A stretch of DNA of 64,000 nucleotides from Squalus acanthias (lineage: Eukaryota): positions 4,216,001-4,280,000 of the forward strand of contig CM059437.1 of the NCBI GenBank assembly GCA_030390025.1, read 5' to 3'. The position numbers were made by a program, and so were the translations under genes. Shown here piece by piece: positions 12,873 through 25,098 of this stretch. The notes beneath the pieces were generated by a model. The model was not told the origin of the DNA, did not search any database, and was given only the letters and a program-made list of their open reading frames with translations. Within the stretch, counting starts at the first letter, position 1. Each line of letters starts with the position of its first letter.

Positions 12873-13859
12873 GAAAGAGCCAGCATTGAGTTAGGAGGTG
12901 GAGAATTTTACAAACCCTTTGGAATCATTTGAAGATGTGACAGACAAAATAGTGAGATTCTAGGATATTATTCATTTGGAACGTTCAGAACTTAAACTAA
13001 AAGATACAAGGATCCAGGGTAGAACTGAATAAGATGTTGGTTATGAAATAGGAAACCGGATACTGGGTTGAACTGGGGGAAATTAGAGCTGTCCCACTAG
13101 GGTTAATGCTGAGATCTCTGTGTTTCCCCCGGTCTACACTAATTACCTGGATATCAAAAATGATCAGGTTTGCTGAAATAGATTTGCAGAAATATTAAAA
13201 TCTGTTATACAGCCGAGCAGACAAATGCGAAATTACCTTGATAAATGTAACGTACATATCATAGGTATACAATGTTTGCAACCGAACTATCAGAACGAGA
13301 AATAGGCAATCTTTATACAACCACCTTTGTGTTAATGTGGAAAGGTTTCTGCTGAAATGCAAAATCAATAGTATTGGTGGCCCAAGATCTGAGTCTCCTT
13401 CTAATATGAGGTTTCAGACACATTCTGCTGTGGACTGACTCCAGTATAACTTCATTTTGAATAGGTTCGTGTATAAACCTGCGCATGACGCAATGTACAG
13501 TCTCACAGTGTGTATTGAATCCCCAATACAAAGCCAGAACAGATTAGTTACAACTACAAAGTAAGTAAAACTCTTGTCTTGCACATTTGTATTACACTTC
13601 GTTTTACAATGCGGCTACAGAGCTTCCGAATGCGTAATCTGCGCATGCCTGTGCACAATCTATATGTATATGCCTGTGTCATAACGTGTAATTCCATTTT
13701 CTGTGTATGCGTGGGCTGTCTAAATCAGTTTCATTATAACTTCAGTCTATACAACTGATTCAAACTGAGACATGTACCAGTCTCAGACCATATATGTAGT
13801 GTAATTGCAGCCTTAGAAATTGACCTGAGAGTGATAGTAAATTTATCACTCTCGAAGTC

Positions 13860-14390
13860 TAGACAGTATGGCAAAGCAATGTAATAAAGAGAATGACTGC
13901 TGGGATATATACTCAGAAGAAAGGCTTTAGAAGTTATGCGGAGTCCTTACAATGTACAGGTCAGACCCCACTTGGAGTATAGTGTTCTGATCTGGTCACC
14001 GCGTCACAAAAGCATCTACATGCAATGGAGACGGTGCAGAACAGAGCAACATAAACAACCCGAAGCATAAAGAGGATGAGCTGTGAGAGAAGACTGGAGA
14101 AACTCAAGTTCTATAATCTAGAACGAAGTTAAAGGGAGACCTCATGGAGGTATAAAATATATGAAGTGGTATCGATTAAGTAAACTAGGGACAGTACTTA
14201 CCTTACAATCCAGGAAATGAAACCAGAGGATATGCATTGCAATTTAATTTTTTGAAAAAATTAAAACAGATATTTGGAAGAACAGCTTTACTCAAAGAGT
14301 GATACATGTTTGCATGTATGGAGACTAATCTATTGGCTGCTCTAATGGGAAGGATTAGTTTCGATGTTTTTCTCTCGCCCTTGACTTACA
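13860..14390 (+). mobile_element. Old degraded CR1 fragment
   Basis: GTCAGACCCCACTTGGAGTATAGTGTTCTGATCTGGTCACC (VRPHLEYSVLIWSP) and AGGGAGACCTCATGGAGGT (GDLMEV). Confidence 0.7.
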
Positions 14391-15966
14391 TTGTGCTCTT
14401 ATATCCTCCACTCTGCCTCACACAGAGACATACATGCCTCACACAGAGACATACAAACATCTAGACTCTTCACACACACGTAAACCTAAACCAACAGCGT
14501 TCAAATGTGATCAAATGTTATTTTTACACCGGCAGAGGCTGCTATAAAGATGTTTCCTAAATTAGTACAAACAGCCGATTCTATAAGAGTGTACTCTTGT
14601 CATGGTGTTATTCCTGTAATCAGTTGCGGCACCGCTTTCGCATGAAATGACCTCGAACTGGATCTAACTACAAGCGTTTTCTAAACTGGTGGAGTTATTT
14701 TGAAACTCGTTGGTGTCTGATTGAATCGTTGATTTTGAATGACAATATCCGAGGTATTTCCTATTTCCTTTCCAGCCGTTCTAAGGTCGGGTTTCGCCTC
14801 TCGTGAGCGTTTTGCTGAAACACGGCAGTGATAAACCCAAACGGCAGGAGGCCTGATTCTCTCATACAAATACACCGCACCTTCAAATTCACAGCCGTCC
14901 ACACAAGTCCAAGCTAAGCTCCTCGAGTTTTAATGTTTAAGAAATATTGAACTAAAGTTATCTTTGTACCAGAGAGACTTTGAAGATGCTACAGCCGCAG
15001 TGAAATGGAGTTGGTGTTTTCAGCGTGTATTTTATGTTTAGAGTTCCAGAAGATGAAATATTGGATGAACAGATTGGCCTGCATGCCCTAGTAGTTTAGT
15101 TGTGAAACAGCAACTGCAAAAATACAGAACATTCTCACAGATTTCTGTTAATCTCAAGGTGCGGAATTCCAGCATCACACTTCCCAGGTAGAGAAACCTC
15201 CAAGTGTGAGATTCAGCCTTGACAGGTTAGAAATATTTTATTTTAGTTAAAATTCTCGAACGTCAGTCGTGCTTATATCACAGCACGAATCTTTAAAACT
15301 CCTTAAATTTGAATCCGAATATCGACCTATTCTCCATGGAACTGCAAGTTCGAAACAGGTTGCTGTTTGGGTACAAGTGTAAGTTCATTACCCGTATATA
15401 AAACGTATGATATATGTCTATATGATAAATTTGCAATAAGTGTACTTGTATTACCAGTGCAGAAATGTTGTGAATAATTGTCCTGCTTCCTCTAGAGTTA
15501 ATCGCCTGATTGTTTTTAAACAGTGGATTGTTGAAATATAATTATCAAAGTATTGTTCATTATGGAGCTGCTGAGCCTATTTTCATAAATGCACTAACAT
15601 TAAAATGATGACGAGTGAGGTATGTTTTATTTGCATTGATCTGATTATTGTTCATGTCTACGTGATCTTTGCTTCCGCAGATAAAGCACATAGTGCTCAA
15701 TCAATATAAGCAAACCTGCAGTACCTGCGAATTTGTTTTACGAATTTTCAGAACAGAACCGATAAACAATGATCAATTATGATGTTATCAATTTTGGGGA
15801 TTGGACGAAGGGACGAAGGGAGAAGAGGAGAGGAGAAGAGCAGGGTGCCCCATGACATTAAAATTAACAATTATAATGGCGCTGTGGAAATACTCTGAAT
15901 CTGCACCTCACTCTGATCAATAATGTCATAAAGTAATTGCTGGTCCCATGTTATGAAGTTCATTGA

Positions 15967-16002
15967 ACGGCAGAGGGCGCGCGGGTGTCGCCACCTGCAG
16001 AG
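15967..16002. promoter_or_regulatory. Paired CTCF-like sites in opposite orientations
   Basis: ACGGCAGAGGGCGC (+) immediately followed by TCGCCACCTGCAG (CTGCAGGTGGCGA on the minus strand). Confidence 0.5.
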
Positions 16003-17479
16003 TGCGAGACAGGGGGTATCGGTATGAAACCTACAGTGTTGCTCAGTTGAAAAATTGCTATACATTTCCGACCCTAAAATTCAGATCATATAATATAAAT
16101 GTAATTTAAAATCGAGCAGTTTAATACAACTGTGATAAAAACGTTTCCCTCCATTACAATAGTAATTATAATAGACGCCACTTCAAAAATATATTTCATT
16201 GGGTGTCAAGCGTTTTTGGACCTCCTGAAGTTGTGGAAGGCGCTATATAAATGCAAATTCTTTCTTTCCGTCTTTCCTTAATGAAACTGCACATATTTTC
16301 AGCTACATTTATTCATAATCGCGTCTGTAAATCAAGGCTCGAAGCCTCAAAATAATAGCCCTGGTGTTGAAATATTAACCTGAAATATACTTTTCCTAAA
16401 CAGAACCAATTGTCTACAATTTAAACAGGACGTGGTTTGGGAAATATGTTTGCAACCATTGAGCCGTGCATAAACTTCATCTGTTATTCATAAAACCTAC
16501 GAAAATTGTGTTTTTCTGATAAGGTTTAGAGTTTACAGGTGGCTACCCTTAAAATAATACCCCTTCTCCAATTACATCGACTTTGTATCAGCTGTATGTG
16601 AATCGCTAGCTGAGTACCAGCCTTGGAGGCTGGTTATTCAGGATTTTTGCGCATGCAGATGTATCCAGTGGAGGCCCAGACCTTATTTGGACTCCTCAGT
16701 GGCGGGATCATTAACTTCTTGTAGGGAAAGTGAAGTGGGCCAATTAAGGGGCCAACAATTTTCCTTTCAAAAGCTATCTTTGATGATTACCAAAATTATA
16801 TTCTCACAGGTTAATTTCTCATCGTGTCAGTTGCCTCCTTCTTTCAAATCTCCCCAAGACCTCACCCAGCCCTATCTGGTCTTTGTCCAGCCCGAGACCC
16901 TAGTTTGTTTTCTCCGGTCCTCTCACTCTGGCCTCTTTTGGTTTCTTGTCCTTCTACTCCATCACTGTGACAGGTGTTAGCCCCACACTGAAACTCCCTA
17001 CCTCAATTCCTCCACTTTTCTAATCTTCTCGTCGTCAAAAGCCTCCTCAAGACGTTTTTCAACCATATTTTTTGTCACCTCTTCTGTGACCCCTGGAGGT
17101 CAGTTTCTTCGTTGTCCGGTGCCTTCAGGTATTTACTGCATTAAAACGTTATAGAACCGCCAATTGCTGTTTGGGAGTGGGGGGGGGGGGGGCGGGATTG
17201 GGTCGATTTAATCTGTTCAAATCTAATTATGCACACTTTAATCTGTACAAAATTGCTCCCTATAATTCCGGTAAAGTAGTGAGAAATTCCTTACAAATAT
17301 TTATTTAATTGGGAAGGTCTCCAAGGCAACCCACTGAGCATTTGGATTGCAGGAGAGATTCTAAAAGCACACAACACGTGTGACAAACATTTATACAAAT
17401 GCACTCCCGGAAAGAGCGTCAAATGAAGAGTATAAGTATTTATCTAACTACTCAATGATAACAAACATATCACAGTAAG

Positions 17480-18280
17480 CCCTGTTACAGTAAAACACTG
17501 CTCTGACGAAAACTATCAAATTAAATTCCTGTTATTGTGATTCTAGTTATAATGACCTATGTTACAATTAAACCACGTTGGAGCCAAGCTCTGTAAAAGT
17601 TAGACACTGTTTAATGAGTCGTATCTTAGTGAACCCGATTATAATTAAATGTGTGATAATGAAATCTTATTGTAATTACCACTGTTATAATGAAACCTCG
17701 TAATATTGAACCTGTGGACCCCTGTCCTAATGAAACCATGTTATAATCAACCTTGCTATTGTGAAATATGGCAACGATCACTGTTATATTGAAACACAGT
17801 TTTAGTGAAACTCTGATATAGTGAAGATCTGTTTAATGAAACATTTACAGCAAATTTTTGCTTTCACAAACCTTGTCATTATGAAATAAAAATTATATTC
17901 ACCTCTGTTATAGTGAACACCTTTTATAATCAAAAGTGTTACAGTGAAATGCTGTTATAATGAACAGTCTTATAATGAATGCCTACTTCCACGAGTCCTG
18001 TTAGAGTGAAATTCCGTTATAGAAAAACCATGTTATAATCTAAAACAAAAACAGAAAATGCTGGAAACGCTCAGCAAGCCAGACAGCATCTGCGGGAGAA
18101 CAGAGGAATTTCGAATTTCAAAATCCAGTTTCAGATTTCCAGTATGTGCATTTTTTTTTGCTTTCTGTTACAATCAATTGCGTTTCAGTGAAACTGAATT
18201 ATAATAAAGTTTGTTGTAACAACCTGTTATAATGAGCCTTGTTATCGTGAAATCTTGCCATAATGAAACCTTCATTTGCA
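17480..18280. repeat. Degenerate ~16-bp tandem array (consensus ~TGTTATAATGAAACNC) interrupted by a Penelope-terminus fragment
   Basis: Periodic units such as tgttatattgaaacac/agttttagtgaaactc/tgatatagtgaagatc. The insert at ~18041-18165 begins AAAACAGAAAATGCTGGAAACGCTCAGC. Confidence 0.7.
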
Positions 18281-19177
18281 ATAATAAAATAAAATTTTTA
18301 AGTTTCCCCATGTAACTTTCTCCAAAGAAAAAGTTGTTTGAAAAATATTTTGCTGCATGTACAGTTAATCTGAGAGCCCATTATACAATGGACCGTTTGT
18401 TATAATGTACTACAGTGCTGCCATAAAAACTATCACGGAAGAAGTCTGGCCCGGAGAGCACAGCACAGAGCCACAAAGTGAAAAGGAAAAGAAAAATATC
18501 TTAGGGCCTTTACTATTTATCAGGAGTCCAATCTGAAGTAAGGGATATTATTACATTCTTTACTTGTTGGCATTTGCTTGCAGAAATATATTTTACATCA
18601 AGGGATACGTTTTTGTGTGTTCATGTTTTCAGCAACCCAATTAACGAATAGGGCAAAGGTTATTTTAAATCATTGCGAAGTCGTTTTTTAAAAAGACTCG
18701 GACTGATTGGTAAGAGGCGGTAAACAGAAAGTTATTGTAGAAGAAAATAATGGAAGGGCTCGAACAAAACATGCTCGCTCTTAATCTGTAAAGTTGAATT
18801 TCTCAGGTATCCCAACGCATTAGGGGCCAGCAACCGCCTTTTCCATTCCACCTTGTGGGAGGCTAGCTGCTGTGCCTCTTCCTAAGTGATATAGGAAGAT
18901 AGGAACAGGAGGAGGCCATTCAGCCCCTCGAACTGGATCCGCCATTCATTGATCTGTATCAGATGCAAAGAGACCCTTTAGATAAAACTTCGCCAAGTTA
19001 TGCTTGGCCTTGCACATTTCCCTTTTCCTGCCATTTCAGTACTTGGCATGGTAGTTTGTAATTTTGCAACCTTAGCCCATGTACGAGCCAAATGAAATCC
19101 TTTCGCTTGGCAATTACTTTTCTTTTTTATAATGAAGTGGAGTAAATTGTATATTTAATGAACAGTTATATTTTACT

Positions 19178-19368
19178 AAAAGAAAAACAGAAAATGCTGG
19201 AAACACTCAGCAGGTCAGACAGCATCTATGGAGAGAGAAACAGAGTTAACGTTTCAGGTCGGTGACATTTCATCAGAATTGCACAGATGTTGCCTGACCT
19301 GTTGAGCGCTTCCAGCATCTGCTGTTTTTATTTAAGATTTCCTGCATCCGCAGTATTTTGTTTTCGTT
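19178..19368. mobile_element. Non-autonomous Penelope-terminus hairpin element
   Basis: AAATGCTGGAAACACTCAGCAGGTCAGACAGCATCT...AGATGTTGCCTGACCTGTTGAGCGCTTCCAGCAT: inverted termini homologous to the Penelope ends at 24000 and 24900. Confidence 0.75.
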
Positions 19369-19384
19369 ATATTTTACTCCCTCG

Positions 19385-20300
19385 TCTGATACTGGTAGGA
19401 AGGATGTTTGGGCAATAGAGAGGGTACAGCGCAGATTCACCGGGATGCTGCCTGGTATGAGGGAAAATGAATACGAAGGAAGATTTGAACAATTGGGGCT
19501 GGATTCGTTAGAGGAGAGATAAGGGGAAATTTGATAGATTTTGTTTTATTCATTCAAGCGATGTGGATGTCGCCCGCAAGGCCAGCATTTATTGCCCATC
19601 CCTAATTACCCTCGAGAAGGTGGTGGTGAGCTGTCTTCTTGAATACAACTGAGTGGCTTGCTGGGCCATTTCAGAGGGCAGTTAAGAGCCAACCACATTG
19701 CTGTGGGTCTGGTGTCACATATAGGCCAGACCAGGTAAGGACGGCAGATTTCCTTCCCTAAAGGACATTAGTGAACCAGATGGGTTTTTAACGACAATCC
19801 AGTAGTTTCATGGTCACCATTACTGATACTAGCTTTTTATTCCAGATATAGTTAATTATTTAAATTTAAATTTCCCAGCTGCCGTGGTGGGATTTGAACT
19901 CATGTCTCTGGATCATTAGTCTTTAAAATTAAGAAGGGATTGCACAGCGTATACAGAAAAAGACGGTTTCCAGCGGTTGATAGGTCTAAAACGAGGGGAA
20001 TTAGATATAAGATTAAATGTAAGAGATTTAGGACAGAACGCTGGGGAACATGTTTTACACAGAGGGTTCTGTACCTGTGGAATGCTCTACAGGGGTTACT
20101 GATTTTACTAATTGATTCAAATATCATGTCAACATAGGTTAGGCAGATGGTTGAACGCAGGGAGGTGTGGGCAGTGCGCAAAGGGATGCAAAAACAGGCG
20201 GGCACATGAGATTAGGAGTATACGTCACGTGGAAGATGAACATCAATACAGACTAGTTGGGCCCAATCACCCGTGTCTGTGTGTTCTATGTAATTCAATG
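19385..20300 (+). mobile_element. CR1 fragment interrupted by a SINE (19545-19920, minus strand)
   Basis: CR1 coding remnants flank the insert (ERVQRRFTGMLPG before, FTQRVLYLWNAL after). The insert is homologous to 23425-23700 and 40965-41410. Confidence 0.75.
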
Positions 20301-20649
20301 TAAAAGTAACACGTGGCAAGACCCGAGCTATACTTTGAGCTGCGACTTACACTCTGCTCACTAGACGGAAGCTCTGCACACGGGACGAGGCCATTCGGCC
20401 CATTGAGCCTGCTCCATCGTGTTGTAAACCACCGTCACATTTTATCGTTTCTTAAAACCCCAATTAAGAGGAAGGTACGGCCATCAATGGTGGGCCAAGG
20501 AGACTGGCGATGTACGAGAGGCCAGAATTGAAGGGATGCAGAATGTTTAGAAGGTTGTAGGGCTGGAGGATGTTACAGAGATAGGGAGGGGCAAGGCCAT
20601 CGAGGGATTTGAACATAAGGATGAATATTTTTAATTTGAGGCGTTGCTG

Positions 20650-21995
20650 GACTGGGACTTGGAGAAGGGGCAGAGGAGATTTACCAGAATGATACTAGGG
20701 ATGAGGGACTTCAGTCATGTGAAGACACTAGAGCAGAGAAGGTTAATGAGAGATTTAATAAAGGTGTTCAACATTATGAAGATTTATGACAGAGTGAATA
20801 ATACGAAATTGTGTCAATTGATGGTGGGTCGGTAATCAGAGAATACAGATTTAAGATAATTGGCAAAAGAACCAGAGGGGAGATGAGGAGAATACTTTTT
20901 ACACAGCGAGTTATGATGATCTGGAATACGCTGCCTGAAAGAGCAGTGGAAGCAGATTCAATCATAACTTTCAGAAGGGAATTGGATAAATACTTGAAAA
21001 GGAAAGAAAAGAAAAGAAAGAACTTCCATTCATACAGCACTTTTCATGACCTTAGGACATCCCAAAGTGCTTCACAGCCAATGAAATATTTTGAAGTGTA
21101 GACGTTGTTGTTATGTAGGAAACGCAGCAGTTCATTTGCGCACAGCAAGCTCCCACATCCAAAATACAACACCTCGGACAGTGCAGCACTTCCTCAGTAC
21201 TGCCCCTCCGACAGTGCAGCACTTCCTCAGTACTGCCCCTCCGACAGTGCAGCACTCCCTCAGTACTGCCCCTCCGACAGTGCAGTGCGCCCTCAGTACT
21301 GTCCCTCCAACAGTGCAGCGCTCCCTCAGTACTGCCCCTCCGACAGTGCAGCGCTCCCTCAGTACTGCCCTTCCGACAGTGCAGCGCTTCCTCAGTACTG
21401 CCCCTCCGACAGTGCAGCACTCCCTCAGTACTGCCCCTCCGACAGTGCAGCACTCCCTCAGTACTGCCCCTCCGACAGTGCAGTGCGCCCTCAGTACTGT
21501 CCCTCCAACAGTGCAGCGCTCCCTCAGTACTGCCCCTCCGACAGTGCAGCGCTCCCTCAGTACTGCCCCTCCGACAGTGCAGCGCTCCCTCAGTACTGCC
21601 CCTTCAACAGTGCAGCGCTCCCTCAGTACTGCCCCTCCAACAGTGCAGCGCTCCCTCAGTACTGGCCCTCCGACAGTGCAGCGCTTCCTCAGTACTGCCC
21701 CTCCGACAGTGCAGCACTCCCTCAGTACTGCCCCTCCGGCAGTGCAGCGCTCCCTCAGTACTGCCCCTCCGACAGTGCAGCGCTCCCTCAGTACTGCACA
21801 AGAGTGTCAGCCGAGATTTTGTGCTCAAGTCTCTGGCGTGGAACCTGAATCTACAACCTTCTGGCCCAGAGGTGAAACTTGCTGGGCTATGGGGAAAGGA
21901 GATGCGGTAAGACTAAGTTGATAGGTGTTTCAAAGAGTGGCCTCAAGCACCTGTTCTGAATGGCCTCCTTCTGTGATGTAAGATTCTATGATGCT
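20650..21995 (+). mobile_element. CR1 3' fragment interrupted by a Deu-SINE (~21005-21870, minus strand)
   Basis: ORFs QRRFTRMILGMR and FTQRVMMIWNTLPERAVEADSI. The CR1 tail resumes at ~21880 and ends in GAATGGCCTCCTTCTGTG...TTCTATGA. Confidence 0.8.
21172..21798. repeat. 33-bp minisatellite, 19 copies, derived from a SINE segment
   Basis: Unit CCTCCGACAGTGCAGCACTCCCTCAGTACTGCC. The same segment occurs once in SINE copies at ~47398-47430 and ~36848-36880. Confidence 0.95.
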
Positions 21996-22019
21996 ATGAG
22001 TGGACTACCTGAGTACTTA

Positions 22020-22350
22020 TTGACACGTTGGCTCAGTGATAGTTCTCTCGCCTCTGAGGAAGAATGTGGGTTCAAGGACGTGAACGCATATACTAGGTGG
22101 ATATTACATTGCAGTACAAAGGGATGTTGTCTTGTAGAGGAGACTGAGGCCCGCTCTGCGCGCTCAAGTGGAGCTAAAAGATCCTATGGTACTATTTGAA
22201 GACGAACAAGGAGCCCTCTCAACGTCTTGACCAAACTGGTCGTTTATCGCATTTGCTGTTTGTATACAAAGCAACAGTGACTCCTCTTCATAGTTCATTG
22301 GTCGTGAAGCGGTTTGGGAGGTCCGGAAGTCGCTTCGCATAGGCACTACA
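22020..22350 (+). mobile_element. Degraded Deu-SINE
   Basis: TGGCTCAGTG head, CTGAGGCCCGCTCTGC...TCAAGTGGA body and GTGAAGCGGTTTGGGA tail. Confidence 0.65.
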
Positions 22351-22916
22351 TCGATTTCAGTTCTTTCTTTTTAAACACCGTTTTGCACTCGATTGCAGTT
22401 ATACTCAAACCAGTGAAAAGAAAATTAGGACGGTACCTTAAGGAGGTCTCGCACTTTTTGGTTTAGTGAATTCCTGGACATGAGTCCTAAGTTAAATATC
22501 TACGTCGGTGCAAATCTACTTTCTATTGATGCCAAAGTGGCGCCAATCTAACCTTGAGATGTTGGTTTTCTGCATTGCATGTGTCTTATGGAACTCCATG
22601 CTTATGAGTGAAAAATCTCTAAACTCCAGATATTAGCTAATTGTGGCTAACCCCACCCCCAATTCTGAAAGATACATTAAAAATAATTGCCACATAACCA
22701 TAAACATTAAAGTAGACATGTCTGCATAATTATGAGTTTCCCTCAGTCATCTCTGGTCACTGTGTTGTTGTGTCTTACACCTGCTACTTAGTGGCAGATT
22801 GAGAGAATGTGGAATACGGTTATGTGGAACCTTCCCTGCGAATCCATCTTGAAATTCCGTTCTATTTATTATAGATGGAATTGTTGCTCATGATTCACCA
22901 TTCTCAGCAGGAAATT

Positions 22917-22930
22917 CCAACAGGGGGCGC
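22917..22930 (+). promoter_or_regulatory. CTCF-like site
   Basis: CCAACAGGGGGCGC closely matches the CTCF core. A second site, CCACCAGAAGGCAC, lies at 23037-23050. Confidence 0.6.
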
Positions 22931-23702
22931 TCTAACCAAAACTGTCCGTTCCCAGCCTGCCTCTAACAGGTGACCTGGCAGAGGCATCAGCAATATGCTG
23001 ATATTTCCTTTGAAACGTTTAGCAAATTATTACAGTCCACCAGAAGGCACCTCACCTTTAATCATTTATTACTGATGAAGTGCTGGAGCTGAACTACCAA
23101 AAACATAATCTAGCTGTGTCGTGATAGATTTTGGCGTGAAGTTAGGAGGAAGTAAAATAATTCTAAAATCAATTCTAAAATAAAGTGACATCTTTATTAA
23201 TATTTATTGTTTTTCCTGTTCAAACTTTTACCCGAAAAACTAATCAAAGACATGAGGACCACTTTCTTTTATCTCTATTAATTGTTGCTATCGAGAAAAA
23301 GTGAATTACACCAGTCCTACACCACCCCTAAAGGCACAACATAAAAGTTAAGTTATTAATTACTTATAGGAATAATCTTTAATTATTTGTTTATAAAGTA
23401 CCCACAAAATATTTCCTCATATTTTTTTATTCACTCGCAGGATGTGGGCATCGCTGGCAAGGTCAGCATTTATTGCCCATTCCTAATTACCATTTTAGAG
23501 GGCAGCTAAGAGTCAACCACATTGCTGGGGTCTGGAGTCACATATAGGCCCAGACAGGGTAAGGACGGCAGATTACCTTCCCTAAAGGATATTGGTGAAC
23601 CAGATGGGTCGTTTCATGGTCACCATGACTGATACTAGCTTTTTTTTAAATTCCAGAACTGAATTTAAATATCCCACTGCCCTGGTGGGATTTGAACTCA
23701 TA

Positions 23703-25098
23703 GTGTCAGCTGTGGCTCAGTTGGTAGCACCCTTGCCTCTGAGTCAGAAGGTTGTGGGTTCATAGTCCCACTCCAGGGACTTCAGCACATAAATTCTATG
23801 CTGACACTCTAGTGCAATGCTGAGGGAGTGCTGCACTGTCAGAGGTGCTGTCTTTAGAATGAGACATTAAACTGAGGCCCTGTCTGCTTTCTCAGGTGGA
23901 TGTAAAAGATCTTGTGGCACTATTTCGAAGAAGAGCTGGGAAGTTATCTCTGGTGTCCTGGTCAATGTTTATCCCTCAATCAACATAACAAAAACAGATA
24001 ACAACAGAAAACGCTGGAAAAACTCAGCAGGTGAGGCAGCATCCGTGGCGAGAGAAACAGAGTTAACGTTTCAGGTCGAAGACCTTTCATCAGAACTGGA
24101 GACAGCAGGAAATCAAATAGATTTAAAGCAAGGATAAAGCTCCCCTCTTCCCACTGTCCAGGGCCCCAAACACCCCTTCCAGGTGAAACAGCGATTTACT
24201 TGTACTTCCTGCAATTTAGTATACTGTATTCGCTGCTCACGATGTGGTCTCCTCTACATTGGAGAGACCAAACGCAGATTGGGTGACCGCTTTATGGAAC
24301 ACCTCCGTTCAGTCCGTAAGGGGGACCCCGAGCTCCCGGTCGCCTGTCACTTTAATTCACCGCTTCACTCCCACTCTGTCCTCACCGTCCTCGGCCTATT
24401 ACACTGTTCCATGGAAGCGCAGCGTAAGCTCGAAGAACAGCACCTCATCTTTTGTTTAGGCACGCTACAGCCTTCTGGACTCAATATCGAGTTCAACAAT
24501 TTTAGATCATAACCTTAGCCCCATCACATTTATATTTTATTTTCTCATCCACCCTTTTATTTGCCCCCCCCCCTTTTTCTTCCTCCTAGAAGCTGGCAGC
24601 TGTCCTTCATTCTGCCAGTGCATTTCATACTTCTTTCAGCCTTAACCTGTCACATCAACACCACCTCTTGCCTTGAATATCTCTTAATGTTTCTTAATGT
24701 CTCTTAATGTCTCTTAATCTCTCCTTTTGTTCTTTTATCCCCTCCCCCTTTTCCCAGCTTTATCCTTGCTTTAAATCTATTTGATTTCCTGCTGTCTCCA
24801 GTTCTGATGAAAGGTGTTCGACCTGAAACGTTAACTCTGTTTCTCTCTCCACGGATGCTGCCTCGCCTGCTGAGTTTTTCCAGCGTTTTCTGTTGTTATT
24901 TCGGATTTCTAGCATCTGCAGTATTTTGCTATCGTAACAAAAACAGATTATCTGGTCATTATCACATTGCTGTTTGTGGCTGCTGCGTTTCCCACATTAC
25001 AACAGTGACTACACTCCAAAAGTACTTCATTGCCTGTAAGTGCTTTGAGACCTCCGGCGGTCGTGAAAGGCACTATATAAATGCAAGTCTTTCTTTCT
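23703..25098 (+). mobile_element. Deu-domain tRNA SINE (SacSINE1-like), split by Penelope
   Basis: GTGTCAGCTGTGGCTCAGTTGG A box, GGTTCATAGTCC B-box-like sequence, Deu core, tail ...CACTATATAAATGCAAGTCTTTCTTTC. Confidence 0.85.
24000..24934 (+). mobile_element. 5'-truncated Penelope-like element with GIY-YIG endonuclease and inverted terminal repeat
   Basis: ORF 24183-24512 FTCTSCNLVYCIRCSRCGLLYIGETKRRLGDRFMEH...HFN...EQHLIFCLGTLQPSGLN. A ~140-bp inverted repeat pairs 24000-24140 with 24757-24898. The 14-bp TSD TAACAAAAACAGAT is at 23986-23999 and 24935-24948. Confidence 0.92.

Noticed and set aside
21172-21798. CRISPR-like appearance of the 33-bp repeats
   Set aside because: The units are head-to-tail with no unique spacers, there are no cas genes, and the context is vertebrate.
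21052-21921. Long repetitive ORFs (276, 247 and 133 aa)
   Set aside because: They are artefacts of a stop-free 33-bp SINE-derived minisatellite.
23705-23775. tRNA-like sequences here and at ~5100-5170, ~36920-36985 and ~47465-47535
   Set aside because: They are SINE heads with A/B boxes continuing into SINE bodies, not tRNA genes.
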